Shown here piece by piece: positions 1 through 12,506 of a stretch of DNA of 64,000 bases. The notes beneath the pieces are model-generated. The model was given only the letters and a program-made list of their open reading frames with translations. It did not search any database and was not told the DNA's origin. The number at the start of each line of letters is the position of its first letter. The first letter of the stretch is position 1. The stretch lies in the NCBI GenBank assembly GCA_035353995.1, contig DAOQAL010000001.1, positions 209,464-273,463 on the forward strand, written 5' to 3'. A program made the position numbers and the translations under genes. This DNA comes from Minisyncoccota bacterium. Lineage in GTDB: Bacteria; Patescibacteriota; Minisyncoccia; Phycocordibacterales; UBA9973.

Positions 1-60
1 AATTCTTCAGTTACGGAAGGAGTTGGCACAGTAAGTGTTGATTCTACTTCTACAAATTAA
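1..60 (+). CDS. 3' end of an upstream gene (partial; PilN-like by position)
   Basis: Frame 1 is open (NSSVTEGVGTVSVDSTSTN*) and ends with TAA 3 nt before the PilO-like gene. Identity is inferred from gene order only. Confidence 0.4.
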   Translation, partial: NSSVTEGVGTVSVDSTSTN

Positions 61-63
61 TTT

Positions 64-672
64 ATGTTTAGATATTTTATACCAATAATATTAATAGGAG
101 CATCAGTAGCAGGATTTGTTACATTTACCAATCCTACTTTGAAAAGTATTTCAACTTTGAAAAATGAAATTTCTTCATACAATGAAGCTCTTACAAATGC
201 AAAAGCACTTGAAGGTGAACGTGATAAATTAACTAAAAAATATAATTCAGTTGATACTGCGAATCTTTCTAGATTACAAAAATTATTACCAGACAGTGTT
301 GATAATATTCGTCTAATTTTGGAAATAGAAAAATTAGCTTCACCGTATGGCATGGTTCTTAAAGATGTTAAATATGAATCAGCAAGTAAAAAAGATGAAG
401 CAAAAAGTACAACAAATCAAGGACTTCAAGTTTCTGAAGGTTTAATGAAAGATGATGGAAAACAATATGGCACTTGGGAATTAGAATTTTCAACGAAAGG
501 AACATATCAAAATTTTGTAAATTTTGTAAAAGATATAGAAAGTAATTTGAGAATTGTTGATATTTCTTCAGTTAAGTTTTCATCAGATAGCGATTTGACT
601 TTAGGTAAAACACAACCAACAGATTCATATAAATATGAATTTAAAATTAAAACTTACTGGTTAAAAAATTAA
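64..672 (+). CDS. pilO: Type IV pilus assembly protein, PilO-like
   Basis: N-terminal TM, coiled coil, 'KLLP', and C-terminal 'GTYQNFVNFVKDIESNLRIVDI' PilO-type motif; lies in the pilus operon. Confidence 0.75.
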   Translation: MFRYFIPIILIGASVAGFVTFTNPTLKSISTLKNEISSYNEALTNAKALEGERDKLTKKYNSVDTANLSRLQKLLPDSVDNIRLILEIEKLASPYGMVLKDVKYESASKKDEAKSTTNQGLQVSEGLMKDDGKQYGTWELEFSTKGTYQNFVNFVKDIESNLRIVDISSVKFSSDSDLTLGKTQPTDSYKYEFKIKTYWLKN

Positions 673-673
673 T

Positions 674-1153
674 ATGAATTCAAAAGTAAAAAACATAATA
701 ATATTTTCTGTCATAGGGCTTGCTCTTATTTTGGGGTATTTTATTTTTGCAAACAAAAAGTCTAGTGATGAGTCTTTAATATCTTCTTCTGATAAAGAGG
801 CAAGCACTACTACTGAAAATACTAATACATCATCTACAAATGAAGTAGGAGAAGATTTTATTGCTATTCTTTTAAATGTTAAAAATCTAAAATTAGATGA
901 TTCTATTTTATCTGATACAGCATTTTCTTATTTAAAAGATTCTAGTATCTATCTTATTCCAGAAGGGAATGAAGGTAGAACAAATCCGTTTGCACCAATT
1001 GGATCTGACACAGTTTCATCAGTTATATCAAATCCAACTGGTATAGTAAGTACTATGGATGTTACAGAAAAGGCCGACTCCTCATCTAGTACAGAAAAAA
1101 ATACTGACAATACTGTTGTAAATACTAAAATAGATACAACAAAACAAAATTAA
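674..1153 (+). CDS. Membrane-anchored pilus-associated protein (PilP position)
   Basis: N-terminal TM, Ser/Thr-rich linker, 'GRTNPFAP' motif; between pilO and pilB. Confidence 0.6.
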   Translation: MNSKVKNIIIFSVIGLALILGYFIFANKKSSDESLISSSDKEASTTTENTNTSSTNEVGEDFIAILLNVKNLKLDDSILSDTAFSYLKDSSIYLIPEGNEGRTNPFAPIGSDTVSSVISNPTGIVSTMDVTEKADSSSSTEKNTDNTVVNTKIDTTKQN

Positions 1154-1159
1154 TTTGCT

Positions 1160-2917
1160 ATGAGTTTTTTAGAAGAATTAGTAAAAAGAGGTACAATTAC
1201 CGAAAACCAAATAGGAGAGATAAAAAACAAAGCTAATGAGAAGTATAAAGGAAATTTAGATGAAGCTCTCTCTGAAATTGGTATCCCCGAAGAAGAAATC
1301 CTAGAAGCAAAAGGAGAATATTTTAATGTTCCTACAAAAAAAATTAATCCAAAAGAAATTTCTTTTGATCTATTAAAATATATTCCAGAAGATTCCGCTC
1401 GTTATTATAATTTTATTCCTTGTGGGCTTAATGATAATGTTCTTGAAGTTGGAGTTATAGATCCAAGTAATATTCAAGCGATGGATGCATTACAGTTTAT
1501 TTCTGCAAGTATTGGAATACCTTTTAAAATTTTTCTTATATCAAAAAAAGATTATGACGCCATAATTGAAAATTATAAAGGAGTTTCTGGTCAGGTTGAG
1601 CAAGCATTAGATGAGTTTAATGATGAATCTATAGAAACGGTAAAAGAAAAAGATGCTATAGAGAGGGAAGTAGAAAATGTAAAACACGGCAGAGAAGAAA
1701 AAATTGTTGAAGATGCTCCTGTCATAAAAATTGTTGCTGTTATATTGCGTAATGCAATAGAAGGTAATGCATCAGATATACATATAGAAAATACAGGAGA
1801 AAAAGTTAAAGTTCGTTATCGAGTAGATGGATCTCTTTATACTACAATAGTTCTTCCAATTGGTATTTATAGCAGTGTAGTTGCTCGTATAAAAATTCTT
1901 GCTAAGTTGCGTTTAGATGAGAAAAGAAAACCTCAAGATGGATCATTTAGTACAAATATAGATGGAAGAAAAATAGATTTTCGTGTCTCTACTATGCCTG
2001 CTTACTATGGTGAGAAGGTTGTTATGAGAGTTTTGGATTCAGAAAAAGGAGTAAAACCGTTAGATCAATTAGGTTTATCAAAAAGAAATTTGGAATTAAT
2101 AAGAGAAGCGATTAAAAAACCCTATGGTTTGATTTTAATTACAGGGCCAACTGGTTCAGGTAAATCAACAACTCTATATTCAATAATGAATGAACTTGAT
2201 AAAGAAAAAAGTAATATTGTTTCTTTGGAAGATCCAGTAGAGTACCATATGCCTGACATTAACCAATCTCAAATGAAACCAGAAATTGGATATACTTTTG
2301 CATCAGGACTTCGTTCTATTCTTCGTCAAGATCCAGATATAATAATGGTTGGAGAAATTCGTGATAAAGAAACAGCTCAACTTGCAATACAAGCAGCTCT
2401 TACAGGACATTTAGTTTTGTCTACATTGCATACAAATAATGCTATTGGAGCAATTCCAAGATTAATCGACATGGGAGTTGATCCTTATCTAATTGCTCCT
2501 ACATTGCTTCTTTCTATTGCACAACGTTTAGCTAAAATGACTTATCCTGCATCTAAAAAACTTGTTCCAATGGATCAGAGCATAAAAATGCAGATTGAAA
2601 ATCAAATAAAAGATTTACCTGAAAAATATAAAAAAGAAATTGAAATAAAAGATGAAATGTATGATACAATTTCTGTTCCAGAATGTCCTACTGGTACACG
2701 TGGACGTATTGCAATTTTTGAAATGTTTGGAATAGATAAAAGAATGCAAGATGTAATATTAAAGAATCCTGTAAACTCAGAAATATATAAAATTGCTAGA
2801 GAAAATGGAATGCTTTCTATGAAAGAAGATGCAATGTTAAAAGCTATTAATGGAGATATTCCTTACAGAGAAGTATTTAATTTTTCTAATGAGAGCAATG
2901 ATTCTGTTGTTGAGTAG
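1160..2917 (+). CDS. pilB: Type IV pilus extension ATPase PilB/GspE
   Basis: Walker A GPTGSGKST, LEDPVE, LRQDPDIIMVGEIRD, GHLVLSTLHTN. Confidence 0.95.
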   Translation: MSFLEELVKRGTITENQIGEIKNKANEKYKGNLDEALSEIGIPEEEILEAKGEYFNVPTKKINPKEISFDLLKYIPEDSARYYNFIPCGLNDNVLEVGVIDPSNIQAMDALQFISASIGIPFKIFLISKKDYDAIIENYKGVSGQVEQALDEFNDESIETVKEKDAIEREVENVKHGREEKIVEDAPVIKIVAVILRNAIEGNASDIHIENTGEKVKVRYRVDGSLYTTIVLPIGIYSSVVARIKILAKLRLDEKRKPQDGSFSTNIDGRKIDFRVSTMPAYYGEKVVMRVLDSEKGVKPLDQLGLSKRNLELIREAIKKPYGLILITGPTGSGKSTTLYSIMNELDKEKSNIVSLEDPVEYHMPDINQSQMKPEIGYTFASGLRSILRQDPDIIMVGEIRDKETAQLAIQAALTGHLVLSTLHTNNAIGAIPRLIDMGVDPYLIAPTLLLSIAQRLAKMTYPASKKLVPMDQSIKMQIENQIKDLPEKYKKEIEIKDEMYDTISVPECPTGTRGRIAIFEMFGIDKRMQDVILKNPVNSEIYKIARENGMLSMKEDAMLKAINGDIPYREVFNFSNESNDSVVE

Positions 2918-2957
2918 AATCTTTTATTTATAATGTTTTTATAATATAATTAATCAA

Positions 2958-3359
2958 ATGGAAGGAGAAAAGAAAAAAATTCTAATAGTAGATGATGATG
3001 GTTTCCTTTTGGATATGTATGCTTTCAAGTTTAGTCAAAATAATTTTGAAGTGCATACTGCTATGAGTGGTGCTCAAGCAATACAAAAACTTAAAGAAGG
3101 GCTTAAACCAGATGTTATTTTAATGGATATTATTATGCCAGAAATGGATGGTTTTGAAATGTTTGAAAAAATCAATGAAGAAAAACTTTCAGAAGATTCA
3201 ATTAAAATAATTCTTTCTAATAAAGGACAACAGGAAGATATAGATAGGGGAATGAGTCTTGGAGCTTCTGGTTATATTATTAAAGTTAATTCTACACCGG
3301 TTGAAGTTATTGATAAGGTAATGAAAATTTTATTAGAAAAAAAATCAATTCAAAAATAA
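2958..3359 (+). CDS. Stand-alone response regulator receiver (CheY-like)
   Basis: ILIVDDD, ILMDIIMPEMDG (phospho-acceptor Asp), GASGYIIK. Confidence 0.92.
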   Translation: MEGEKKKILIVDDDGFLLDMYAFKFSQNNFEVHTAMSGAQAIQKLKEGLKPDVILMDIIMPEMDGFEMFEKINEEKLSEDSIKIILSNKGQQEDIDRGMSLGASGYIIKVNSTPVEVIDKVMKILLEKKSIQK

Positions 3360-3362
3360 AAT

Positions 3363-4421
3363 ATGGACTATAAAAAAGAAATTGAAGAACTTATATTAAC
3401 AGTTATAAGAGAAGGTGGTTCAGATCTACACCTAGGTGCTGGTAGAGTACCTGCAATTAGAGTTTCTGGAGAATTAATTTTTCTTTTGAAAAGACAAGTT
3501 TTTACAAAAGATGATATGGTTAATATCCTAAAAGAACTTCTAGAAAAGAAACGTTTTGATGAGTTTATGGAAAATCAGGAAATTGATTTTTCTTACGATT
3601 TTCGAGGCGAAGCTCGTCTCAGAGGAAATGCATTTTTCCAATGTGGTTTTATAAATGTAGTATTGCGTTTAATTCCCCAGGTTAAAACATTAGAAGAATT
3701 ACACCTTCCACCAGTTCTTGCTGAATTTGCAAAAAAGAAACAAGGATTTTTTCTTGTTGTTGGTCCTGTTGGACATGGTAAATCTTCAACATTGGCTTCA
3801 ATGATAAATTTAATAAACAATGAGCAAGCAAGACATATAGTTACCATAGAAGATCCAATTGAATATGTTTATACTCCTAAAAAATCAATAATTAATCAAA
3901 GAGAAATTGGAGTTGATACTAAAGATTTTCACGTAGCGTTAAAGTCCGTTTTTCGTGAAGACGTTAATGTTATTCTTGTTGGTGAAATGCGAAATCCAGA
4001 AACAATTTCAACAGCTGTAACTGCAGCTGAAACTGGTCATTTAGTTTTTTCAACTCTACATACAAATAATGCATCTCAAACAATAGATAGAATTATTGAT
4101 TCATTTCCTGGAGATCAGCAAGATCAAATTAGAATTCAACTTGCATCAAGTTTAATTGGCGTATTTTCTCAAAGACTTATTCCAAGAATTGCTGGTGGTT
4201 TAGTGCCCGCATACGAACTTCTTGTAAATAATAATGCAGTTTCAAATCTTATAAGAGAAAAACGAACACATGAAATAGATGTTTTAATAGAAACTGGTAC
4301 AGAGTCTGGTATGATTGATTTAAATAGATCACTTGTTGAACTTGTAAGAGCTGGAGAAATAACAATTGAAAGTGCTTATCAGTTTTCGCTTAATCCAAAA
4401 GGTCTTGAGAGAATGATTTAA
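3363..4421 (+). CDS. pilT: Type IV pilus retraction ATPase PilT
   Basis: GSDLHL, GPVGHGKSST, TIEDPIE, AAETGHLVFSTLHTN, NLIRE. Confidence 0.95.
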   Translation: MDYKKEIEELILTVIREGGSDLHLGAGRVPAIRVSGELIFLLKRQVFTKDDMVNILKELLEKKRFDEFMENQEIDFSYDFRGEARLRGNAFFQCGFINVVLRLIPQVKTLEELHLPPVLAEFAKKKQGFFLVVGPVGHGKSSTLASMINLINNEQARHIVTIEDPIEYVYTPKKSIINQREIGVDTKDFHVALKSVFREDVNVILVGEMRNPETISTAVTAAETGHLVFSTLHTNNASQTIDRIIDSFPGDQQDQIRIQLASSLIGVFSQRLIPRIAGGLVPAYELLVNNNAVSNLIREKRTHEIDVLIETGTESGMIDLNRSLVELVRAGEITIESAYQFSLNPKGLERMI

Positions 4422-4437
4422 CAATTAAATAAATATT

Positions 4438-5646
4438 ATGCTTTTTAAATATAAGGCTGTAGATGAAAATGGAATAAATAAAGAAGGAGAAATTGACGCT
4501 GCAAATCGTGATATGGCAATAAGTGGACTTCAACGAAGAGGTCTTATTATTATTTCAATAGTAGATGAAGATAAAAGTTCTTCTCCATTTCAAGCTTCTT
4601 TTTTTGGCAAGGTTAAAATGAAAGAGGTTGTTGTTCTTTCTAGACAAATTTCTACTTTGTTCGGAGCACAAGTGCCTGCATTGAAAGTGTTTACGATGCT
4701 TGCATCAAGCACAGGGAATAAACTTCTAGCAAGAAAACTTAATCAAGTGTCTGATGATCTTCAGGCTGGACTTTCTATTTCTGGAGCATTATCAAAACAC
4801 CCAGATGTTTTTTCAAACTTTTATGTAAATATGGTTAAGTCTGGAGAAGAAACTGGTAAGCTAGCTCAATCATTTGAATACTTAGCAAATTATCTTGATC
4901 GTCAATATGCTCTTACATCAAAAACTAAAAATGCTTTAATATACCCAATATTTGTCATTGTTACATTTTTTGTAGTTATGGGACTTATGTTTACTATTAT
5001 TATTCCAAAAATTTCTTCTATTATTTCAAGTTCTGGACAAAATATACCAGTGTACACAAAAATTATTATGGTAATTTCAGATTTTTTTGTTCATTATGGT
5101 TTTATAATTATTATTATTTTAGTTTTAATAGGAATATGGCTATGGAAACTATCTTCTACTGAAAAAGGAAAAATTTATCTTGATAAAAAGCGTTTAGCCA
5201 CTCCTGCTGTAGGTGATTTATTTAAAAAATTATATCTTTCACGCATATCTGACAACTTAGATACAATGCTTACATCTGGTATTCCAATAATAAGATCTCT
5301 TGAAATTACTGCTGATGTCGTTGGAAGTAGGGTATACAAAGATATTATGAAAAGTGCAGTTGAAGATGTTAAATCAGGTAGTTCTCTTTCTTCTGCATTT
5401 GAAAAACATCCTCAAGAAATGCCTACTATAATGGTACAAATGGTAAAAGTTGGAGAAGAAACTGGTTCATTGGGGCAAATATTGAAAACATTAGCTGATT
5501 TTTATAAAAGAGAAGTTGATAATTCAGTTGAGACATTAGTTGGATTAATTGAACCTGTTATGATTGTATTTTTAGGTATTGGTGTTGGAATTCTCTTAAT
5601 ATCTGTTTTAGTTCCTATATACAATATGGTAGGAGGTATTTCATAA
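4438..5646 (+). CDS. pilC: Type IV pilus platform protein PilC/GspF
   Basis: Two GspF repeats (GEETG), 'ALIYP', 'LIEP', TM segments. Confidence 0.95.
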   Translation: MLFKYKAVDENGINKEGEIDAANRDMAISGLQRRGLIIISIVDEDKSSSPFQASFFGKVKMKEVVVLSRQISTLFGAQVPALKVFTMLASSTGNKLLARKLNQVSDDLQAGLSISGALSKHPDVFSNFYVNMVKSGEETGKLAQSFEYLANYLDRQYALTSKTKNALIYPIFVIVTFFVVMGLMFTIIIPKISSIISSSGQNIPVYTKIIMVISDFFVHYGFIIIIILVLIGIWLWKLSSTEKGKIYLDKKRLATPAVGDLFKKLYLSRISDNLDTMLTSGIPIIRSLEITADVVGSRVYKDIMKSAVEDVKSGSSLSSAFEKHPQEMPTIMVQMVKVGEETGSLGQILKTLADFYKREVDNSVETLVGLIEPVMIVFLGIGVGILLISVLVPIYNMVGGIS

Positions 5647-5697
5647 AAAAATATTTTATTTCTTCTGTGGATAACTTTTATTAATTTTGCTTGTTTA

Positions 5698-5819
5698 TGA
5701 TATAATTATTATATTAAAAATTACGAGTCGAAACTTCCCGTTAAGGGAATATATTATAATTAAGTTTTTATTTCAGCCTTTGGCTGAAAAACCGCTATAG
5801 GCGGAAATAAAAAACATTT
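5698..5819 (+). promoter_or_regulatory. Promoter and structured 5' leader of the first pilin
   Basis: TGATATAAT extended -10 at about 5698-5706, then hairpins ttccc-gttaa-gggaa, tcagcc-ttt-ggctga and ccgc-tatag-gcgg; the last two are enclosed by tttttattt/aaataaaaa. Confidence 0.5.
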
Positions 5820-6188
5820 ATGAAGAATTTTAAAAGAGGTTTTACGTTAATTGAACTTTTGGTTGTTATAGCAATCATTGGTATCTTGGCATCAGTTGTT
5901 TTGGCTTCTCTAACAGGAGCAAGAAATAAGGCATTACAAGGAGCTTACAAATCAGAAATAAGTTCTTTGCAACCAGCTCTTATTGCAATTTGTGATGGTT
6001 CAACAGGTGCTACCATAACTCCTGCAACAGATATGCCAGCTGCTGGAAAACATGCTGAGGGAGTAGTTGTAACAAACTGTGCAGAAGATGGAACATTTAA
6101 TGTTACTGTTGCCCCAAATCCAAACCCACTAGGTGCTTGTACTGGAGCTACAATAACAAATACTGCAATAACATTTGTAGGTTGTTAA
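5820..6188 (+). CDS. Type IV pilin (probable major pilin)
   Basis: Class III signal G|FTLIELLVVIAIIGILA, 4 Cys, followed by a terminator. Confidence 0.92.
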   Translation: MKNFKRGFTLIELLVVIAIIGILASVVLASLTGARNKALQGAYKSEISSLQPALIAICDGSTGATITPATDMPAAGKHAEGVVVTNCAEDGTFNVTVAPNPNPLGACTGATITNTAITFVGC

Positions 6189-6207
6189 TCTGAATTTTAA
6201 AGTTTTT

Positions 6208-6240
6208 AAACAAAAAACCACTTCGGTGGTTTTTTGTTTT
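6208..6240 (+). terminator. Intrinsic terminator
   Basis: aaacaaaaaaccac-ttcg-gtggttttttgttt. Confidence 0.85.
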
Positions 6241-6294
6241 GTTAATTGATACAATATATATGTCGTAATTTTATTTTTTAAAAAATATTTTTTT

Positions 6295-6663
6295 ATGAAG
6301 AATTTTAAAAAAGGTTTTACGTTAATTGAACTTTTGGTTGTTATAGCTCTTCTTAGTATTGTAATAGCAATTGTTACTGTTTCACTTTCTAGTTCTCAAA
6401 GAAAATCTACAGAAGCTGCATATAAATCAGAAGTTTCTTCTATTCAATCAAAACTTTCTGCGATTTGTGACAGTTCAGGATATTCTTTTATAGTTGCTGA
6501 AACAGATATGCCAGCTGAAGGTAAACATGGACAAGGTATTATAAACACAAATTGCCAAATGAATGGTTATTTTAATGTATTAATACCACCTCGTCAAAAC
6601 CATGCTGGCGCGTGCACAGGGTCAGTTATAACAAATACTGAAGTTTCTTTTGCTGGCTGTTAA
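6295..6663 (+). CDS. Type IV pilin, paralog of 5820..6188
   Basis: G|FTLIELLVVIA; same 122-aa length and Cys pattern (ICD, NC, GAC, terminal GC). Confidence 0.92.
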   Translation: MKNFKKGFTLIELLVVIALLSIVIAIVTVSLSSSQRKSTEAAYKSEVSSIQSKLSAICDSSGYSFIVAETDMPAEGKHGQGIINTNCQMNGYFNVLIPPRQNHAGACTGSVITNTEVSFAGC

Positions 6664-6714
6664 TAAACATATAAAAAGTAATTTAAAAATCTTTATATAT
6701 GATATAATAATAAT

Positions 6715-7506
6715 ATGATTACAATACTTGCAATAATTTTTTTAGTACTTGGTTTAATTATAGGAAGTTTTTTAAACGTTGTAATTTTTAGATACAATAC
6801 ACATAGAACTTTTCGTGGTAGAAGTGGATGTCTTTCTTGTCAAAATAAATTAAGTTGGTATGAACTTATTCCTGTATTTAGCTTTTTGGCATTACGTGGA
6901 CGATGTAAAAATTGCAAAACAAGAATATCTATTCAATATCCTATTGTTGAGTTATTGACTGGCATAGTTTTTGCTGGACTTTTCTTAAAGTTACAGAATG
7001 CTTTCTTTTTTGATACTATCGGTTTCAGCATAGCTTTTGCTTTTTATGCAACTATTTTTTCTCTTCTTATTGTTATATCAGTTTATGATTTAAAACATAA
7101 AATAATTCCAAATTCTTTCGCTTTAACATTTGGTATATTATCTTTTATTGGTTTGTTTTTGTTTTCTAGTTTTAATTTTAATCCACATTTTCCATCACTA
7201 ATGGAATTCTTATCTGGTATATTTATTGCTTTACCATTTTTGTTAATGTGGCTTCTTTCAAAAGGATCTTGGATGGGACTTGGTGATGCTAAATTAGCTG
7301 TTGGTATTGGATGGTTTTTAGGTTTATCACTCGCTTTGTCTAGCCTTGTAATTGCTTTTTGGGCTGGAGCATTGATTGGTATATTACTTATTATTTTTTC
7401 TAAAAAATATAGTTTAAAAAGCGAGATACCATTTGCTCCATTTATGGTTTTTGGAGCTATGTTAATTTTTCTTCTACCACTTCATATTTTTCCTTTAGGT
7501 TTTTAA
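6715..7506 (+). CDS. pilD: Prepilin peptidase PilD (A24)
   Basis: GSFLNVVI, CxxC...CxxC zinc site, YDLKHKIIP and GLGDAKL catalytic Asps, IPFAPF. Confidence 0.95.
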   Translation: MITILAIIFLVLGLIIGSFLNVVIFRYNTHRTFRGRSGCLSCQNKLSWYELIPVFSFLALRGRCKNCKTRISIQYPIVELLTGIVFAGLFLKLQNAFFFDTIGFSIAFAFYATIFSLLIVISVYDLKHKIIPNSFALTFGILSFIGLFLFSSFNFNPHFPSLMEFLSGIFIALPFLLMWLLSKGSWMGLGDAKLAVGIGWFLGLSLALSSLVIAFWAGALIGILLIIFSKKYSLKSEIPFAPFMVFGAMLIFLLPLHIFPLGF

Positions 7507-7521
7507 TTTTTTAGTATTTTC

Positions 7522-8223
7522 ATGAAAAAAAATTACTGCAAATTGAAAGACAATAGGGGAATGACATATGTAGAACTTATAGTTGTTCTAAGTATTTTTG
7601 CAATAATGTCTTCTGTCGTAATTTTGAATTATGGTAATTTTGAAACTAAGGTAGAAATAAAAACATTATCAAATGATATTGCTCAAAAAGTTGTTCAAGC
7701 GCAGAAATTTGCAATGTCAGGTAAATCAGTTCCTAAAAAACAACAGGAATATATGATAGATAATGGTATAAATTGGACACCTTCATATGGTGTATATTTC
7801 AGCCAAGATTTTCCAAAGAAATTTGTATACTTTGCCGATTTAAATAATAGTGCTTCCAATAGCAATTTTGCTTATAATTTTAATAGTGTTGTTAATGCAA
7901 ATAATTGTTCAGAAATAGAGTGTTTAGAAGTATCTGATATAAATAAAGATTATTCTATTAACAGTATTCAAATGGTTTTCCCACTGGACTCATGTTCTGG
8001 TGCTAGTGGAAGTTCATCTGGTTCTTCATCTGATGAAACTTATACATTTAGTAATGTTGAAGAATTATCTGTAACATTTACAAGGCCTGATTCAAGAGCA
8101 GTTATACAATCAGTTCCTGTTTTTAATTGCTCTCCATCTTTTGCTGTCGTGAATTTAAGTTCTGCTAACAATGCGAAATCTATTATAAAAATTTATCCAT
8201 CAGGAAGAATACAGATTAATTAA
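7522..8223 (+). CDS. Minor pilin (FimT/GspH-like)
   Basis: G|MTYVELIVVL prepilin motif; C-terminal 'IYPSGRI'. Confidence 0.85.
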   Translation: MKKNYCKLKDNRGMTYVELIVVLSIFAIMSSVVILNYGNFETKVEIKTLSNDIAQKVVQAQKFAMSGKSVPKKQQEYMIDNGINWTPSYGVYFSQDFPKKFVYFADLNNSASNSNFAYNFNSVVNANNCSEIECLEVSDINKDYSINSIQMVFPLDSCSGASGSSSGSSSDETYTFSNVEELSVTFTRPDSRAVIQSVPVFNCSPSFAVVNLSSANNAKSIIKIYPSGRIQIN

Positions 8224-8225
8224 AC

Positions 8226-8831
8226 ATGACAAAAGAAAATAATAAAAAAATAAAACTTGCGTCTGGTTTTACTATGATTGAAACGATGGTAGCGATTTCT
8301 ATTTTTCTTATTGTTGTTACGATTGGAGCTGGTGCTTTGATAAATGCATATGCTATAAATCAAAAATCTCAAAACTTACGTTCTGTAGTAGATAGTTTAA
8401 GTTTTATTGTTGAGGATATGTCGAGAAATATAAGAGTTGGATATAATTACAAATGTTTTGAAAAAGGATATACGGTTGGGCAAGAATATATAGGTATTCC
8501 AAGTAGTTGTGAAAATGGTTATGGTATAGCATTTGAATATAGTACTGGAGATACAGCCGATAATAATGATCAATGGGTTTATTATATTGCAAATGGAAAA
8601 TTATATAGATCAACTTCTGGATTATCAAATTATGTACAAATGAACCCAGATGAAGTTTTTATTGATTCGTCAAAATCTAATATTTCAATATTAGGAGCAG
8701 AAAATACATTACAGGGTGATACACAGCAACCTATCGTAAAAATTAATTTAGTTGGTACGATTACAGTTAAAAAGGTCGTTACTCCTTTTGCGATTCAGAC
8801 TTCTGTTTCACAAAGAATGAATGATATTTAA
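8226..8831 (+). CDS. Minor pilin (PilW-like)
   Basis: G|FTMIETMVAI prepilin motif. Confidence 0.85.
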   Translation: MTKENNKKIKLASGFTMIETMVAISIFLIVVTIGAGALINAYAINQKSQNLRSVVDSLSFIVEDMSRNIRVGYNYKCFEKGYTVGQEYIGIPSSCENGYGIAFEYSTGDTADNNDQWVYYIANGKLYRSTSGLSNYVQMNPDEVFIDSSKSNISILGAENTLQGDTQQPIVKINLVGTITVKKVVTPFAIQTSVSQRMNDI

Positions 8832-8833
8832 AA

Positions 8834-9415
8834 ATGACAAAATTTTATAAAAAAAACAATAAGGAAAATGGATTTACTTTAATTGAAGTTATTGTTGCAA
8901 TATTTGTTTTTTCTGTGGCTGTTTTAGCTGTAATGGCATCTTTGTCTCAAGGACTTTCAAGTGAAAGTTATACAAAAAAGAAGGTGACAGCGACATTTTT
9001 GGCTCAAGAAGGTGTTGAATATTTTAGAAATATTAGAGATACGTCTATGCTTTATTCAGATGATAAAGTTGTAGGATGGAGTGACTTTATTTCTAAATTA
9101 GAAGAAGCTGGTTGCCAAAATGATACTGGTTGTTATTTTGATGATATTAATTTAAATAGTATAGGAAGTATTACAATGCCTATAATGCAAATTAAAATAT
9201 CTCCTTGTAATGAAGTTTGTCCTAATATGCTTTTTGATGAAAGTAGTAGTACATTTGGATATACATTAGGTGGTGATTCTGGTTTTGTAAGACAGATGAA
9301 AGTAGAAGAGACTAGTCTTGAAGAAGTAAAAATTATTTCAAAAGTAAGTTGGACACAAAATGGTAGAACGAATACTGTTTCGTTCTCAGAAAATTTAAGT
9401 GATTGGATTGAATAA
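8834..9415 (+). CDS. Minor pilin (PilV-like)
   Basis: G|FTLIEVIVAI, 'LAQEGVEYFRNIRD'. Confidence 0.85.
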   Translation: MTKFYKKNNKENGFTLIEVIVAIFVFSVAVLAVMASLSQGLSSESYTKKKVTATFLAQEGVEYFRNIRDTSMLYSDDKVVGWSDFISKLEEAGCQNDTGCYFDDINLNSIGSITMPIMQIKISPCNEVCPNMLFDESSSTFGYTLGGDSGFVRQMKVEETSLEEVKIISKVSWTQNGRTNTVSFSENLSDWIE

Positions 9416-9424
9416 TAAAAAATT

Positions 9425-11904
<2,480 letters not shown>

Positions 11905-11913
11905 TCAAGTTTT

Positions 11914-12441
11914 ATGAAGAGTAAAGTGAAAACAATTTTAATTTTTGTAGGCTGTTTTTTATTTAGACTTTTGCCATTTAGAGCACCGAATGTGGAACCT
12001 ATTATGGCATCAATAATGCCCGTAGGACGTAAAAATGGGCCTTTAGTGGGCTTTTTATTTGGTTTTCTTAGTATTTTCTTATTTGATTGTGTAACTAACT
12101 TTGGATCTTGGACTTGGATAACTGCAATTACTTATGGTCTTATTGGTGCAATATCAGTTTTTTATTTTAAGAAATTTAAATCATCTCCTTTTAATTTTGC
12201 AGTATTTTCTTTTTTTGCAACTATTGTTTTTGATTTTATAACTGGAATTTTATTTGCTCCATTATTTGGACAAACAATGTTTAGTGCATTTATTTTACAA
12301 ATTCCTTTTACATTACTTCACTTGTCAGGAAATATAGGTTTTGCCCTAACAATAAGCCCAATAATAAATTATTGGCTTACTAAAGATTCTGTAGCAAAAG
12401 TATATAACTTAAATTTGTCTAGCAAAAAACAAGTAATTTAA
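11914..12441 (+). CDS. ECF-type S-component-like membrane protein
   Basis: About 6 TM helices in 175 aa with a 'PNVEP' loop after TM1. Substrate unknown. Confidence 0.65.
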   Translation: MKSKVKTILIFVGCFLFRLLPFRAPNVEPIMASIMPVGRKNGPLVGFLFGFLSIFLFDCVTNFGSWTWITAITYGLIGAISVFYFKKFKSSPFNFAVFSFFATIVFDFITGILFAPLFGQTMFSAFILQIPFTLLHLSGNIGFALTISPIINYWLTKDSVAKVYNLNLSSKKQVI

Positions 12442-12506
12442 TAACATTACTTTATAGGATACCCCATAGGCAAGACCTCTGTATGTCAAATAACAGGGAA
12501 ACGAGC

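Noticed and set aside
5720-5815. c-di-GMP riboswitch upstream of the pilin
   Set aside because: The GEMM consensus elements are not recognisable; kept only as an unnamed structured leader.
12454-12484. GC-richer motif ggataccccataggcaagacctct between convergent genes
   Set aside because: It may be a degenerate repeat remnant, but I see only one copy and no clean stem.
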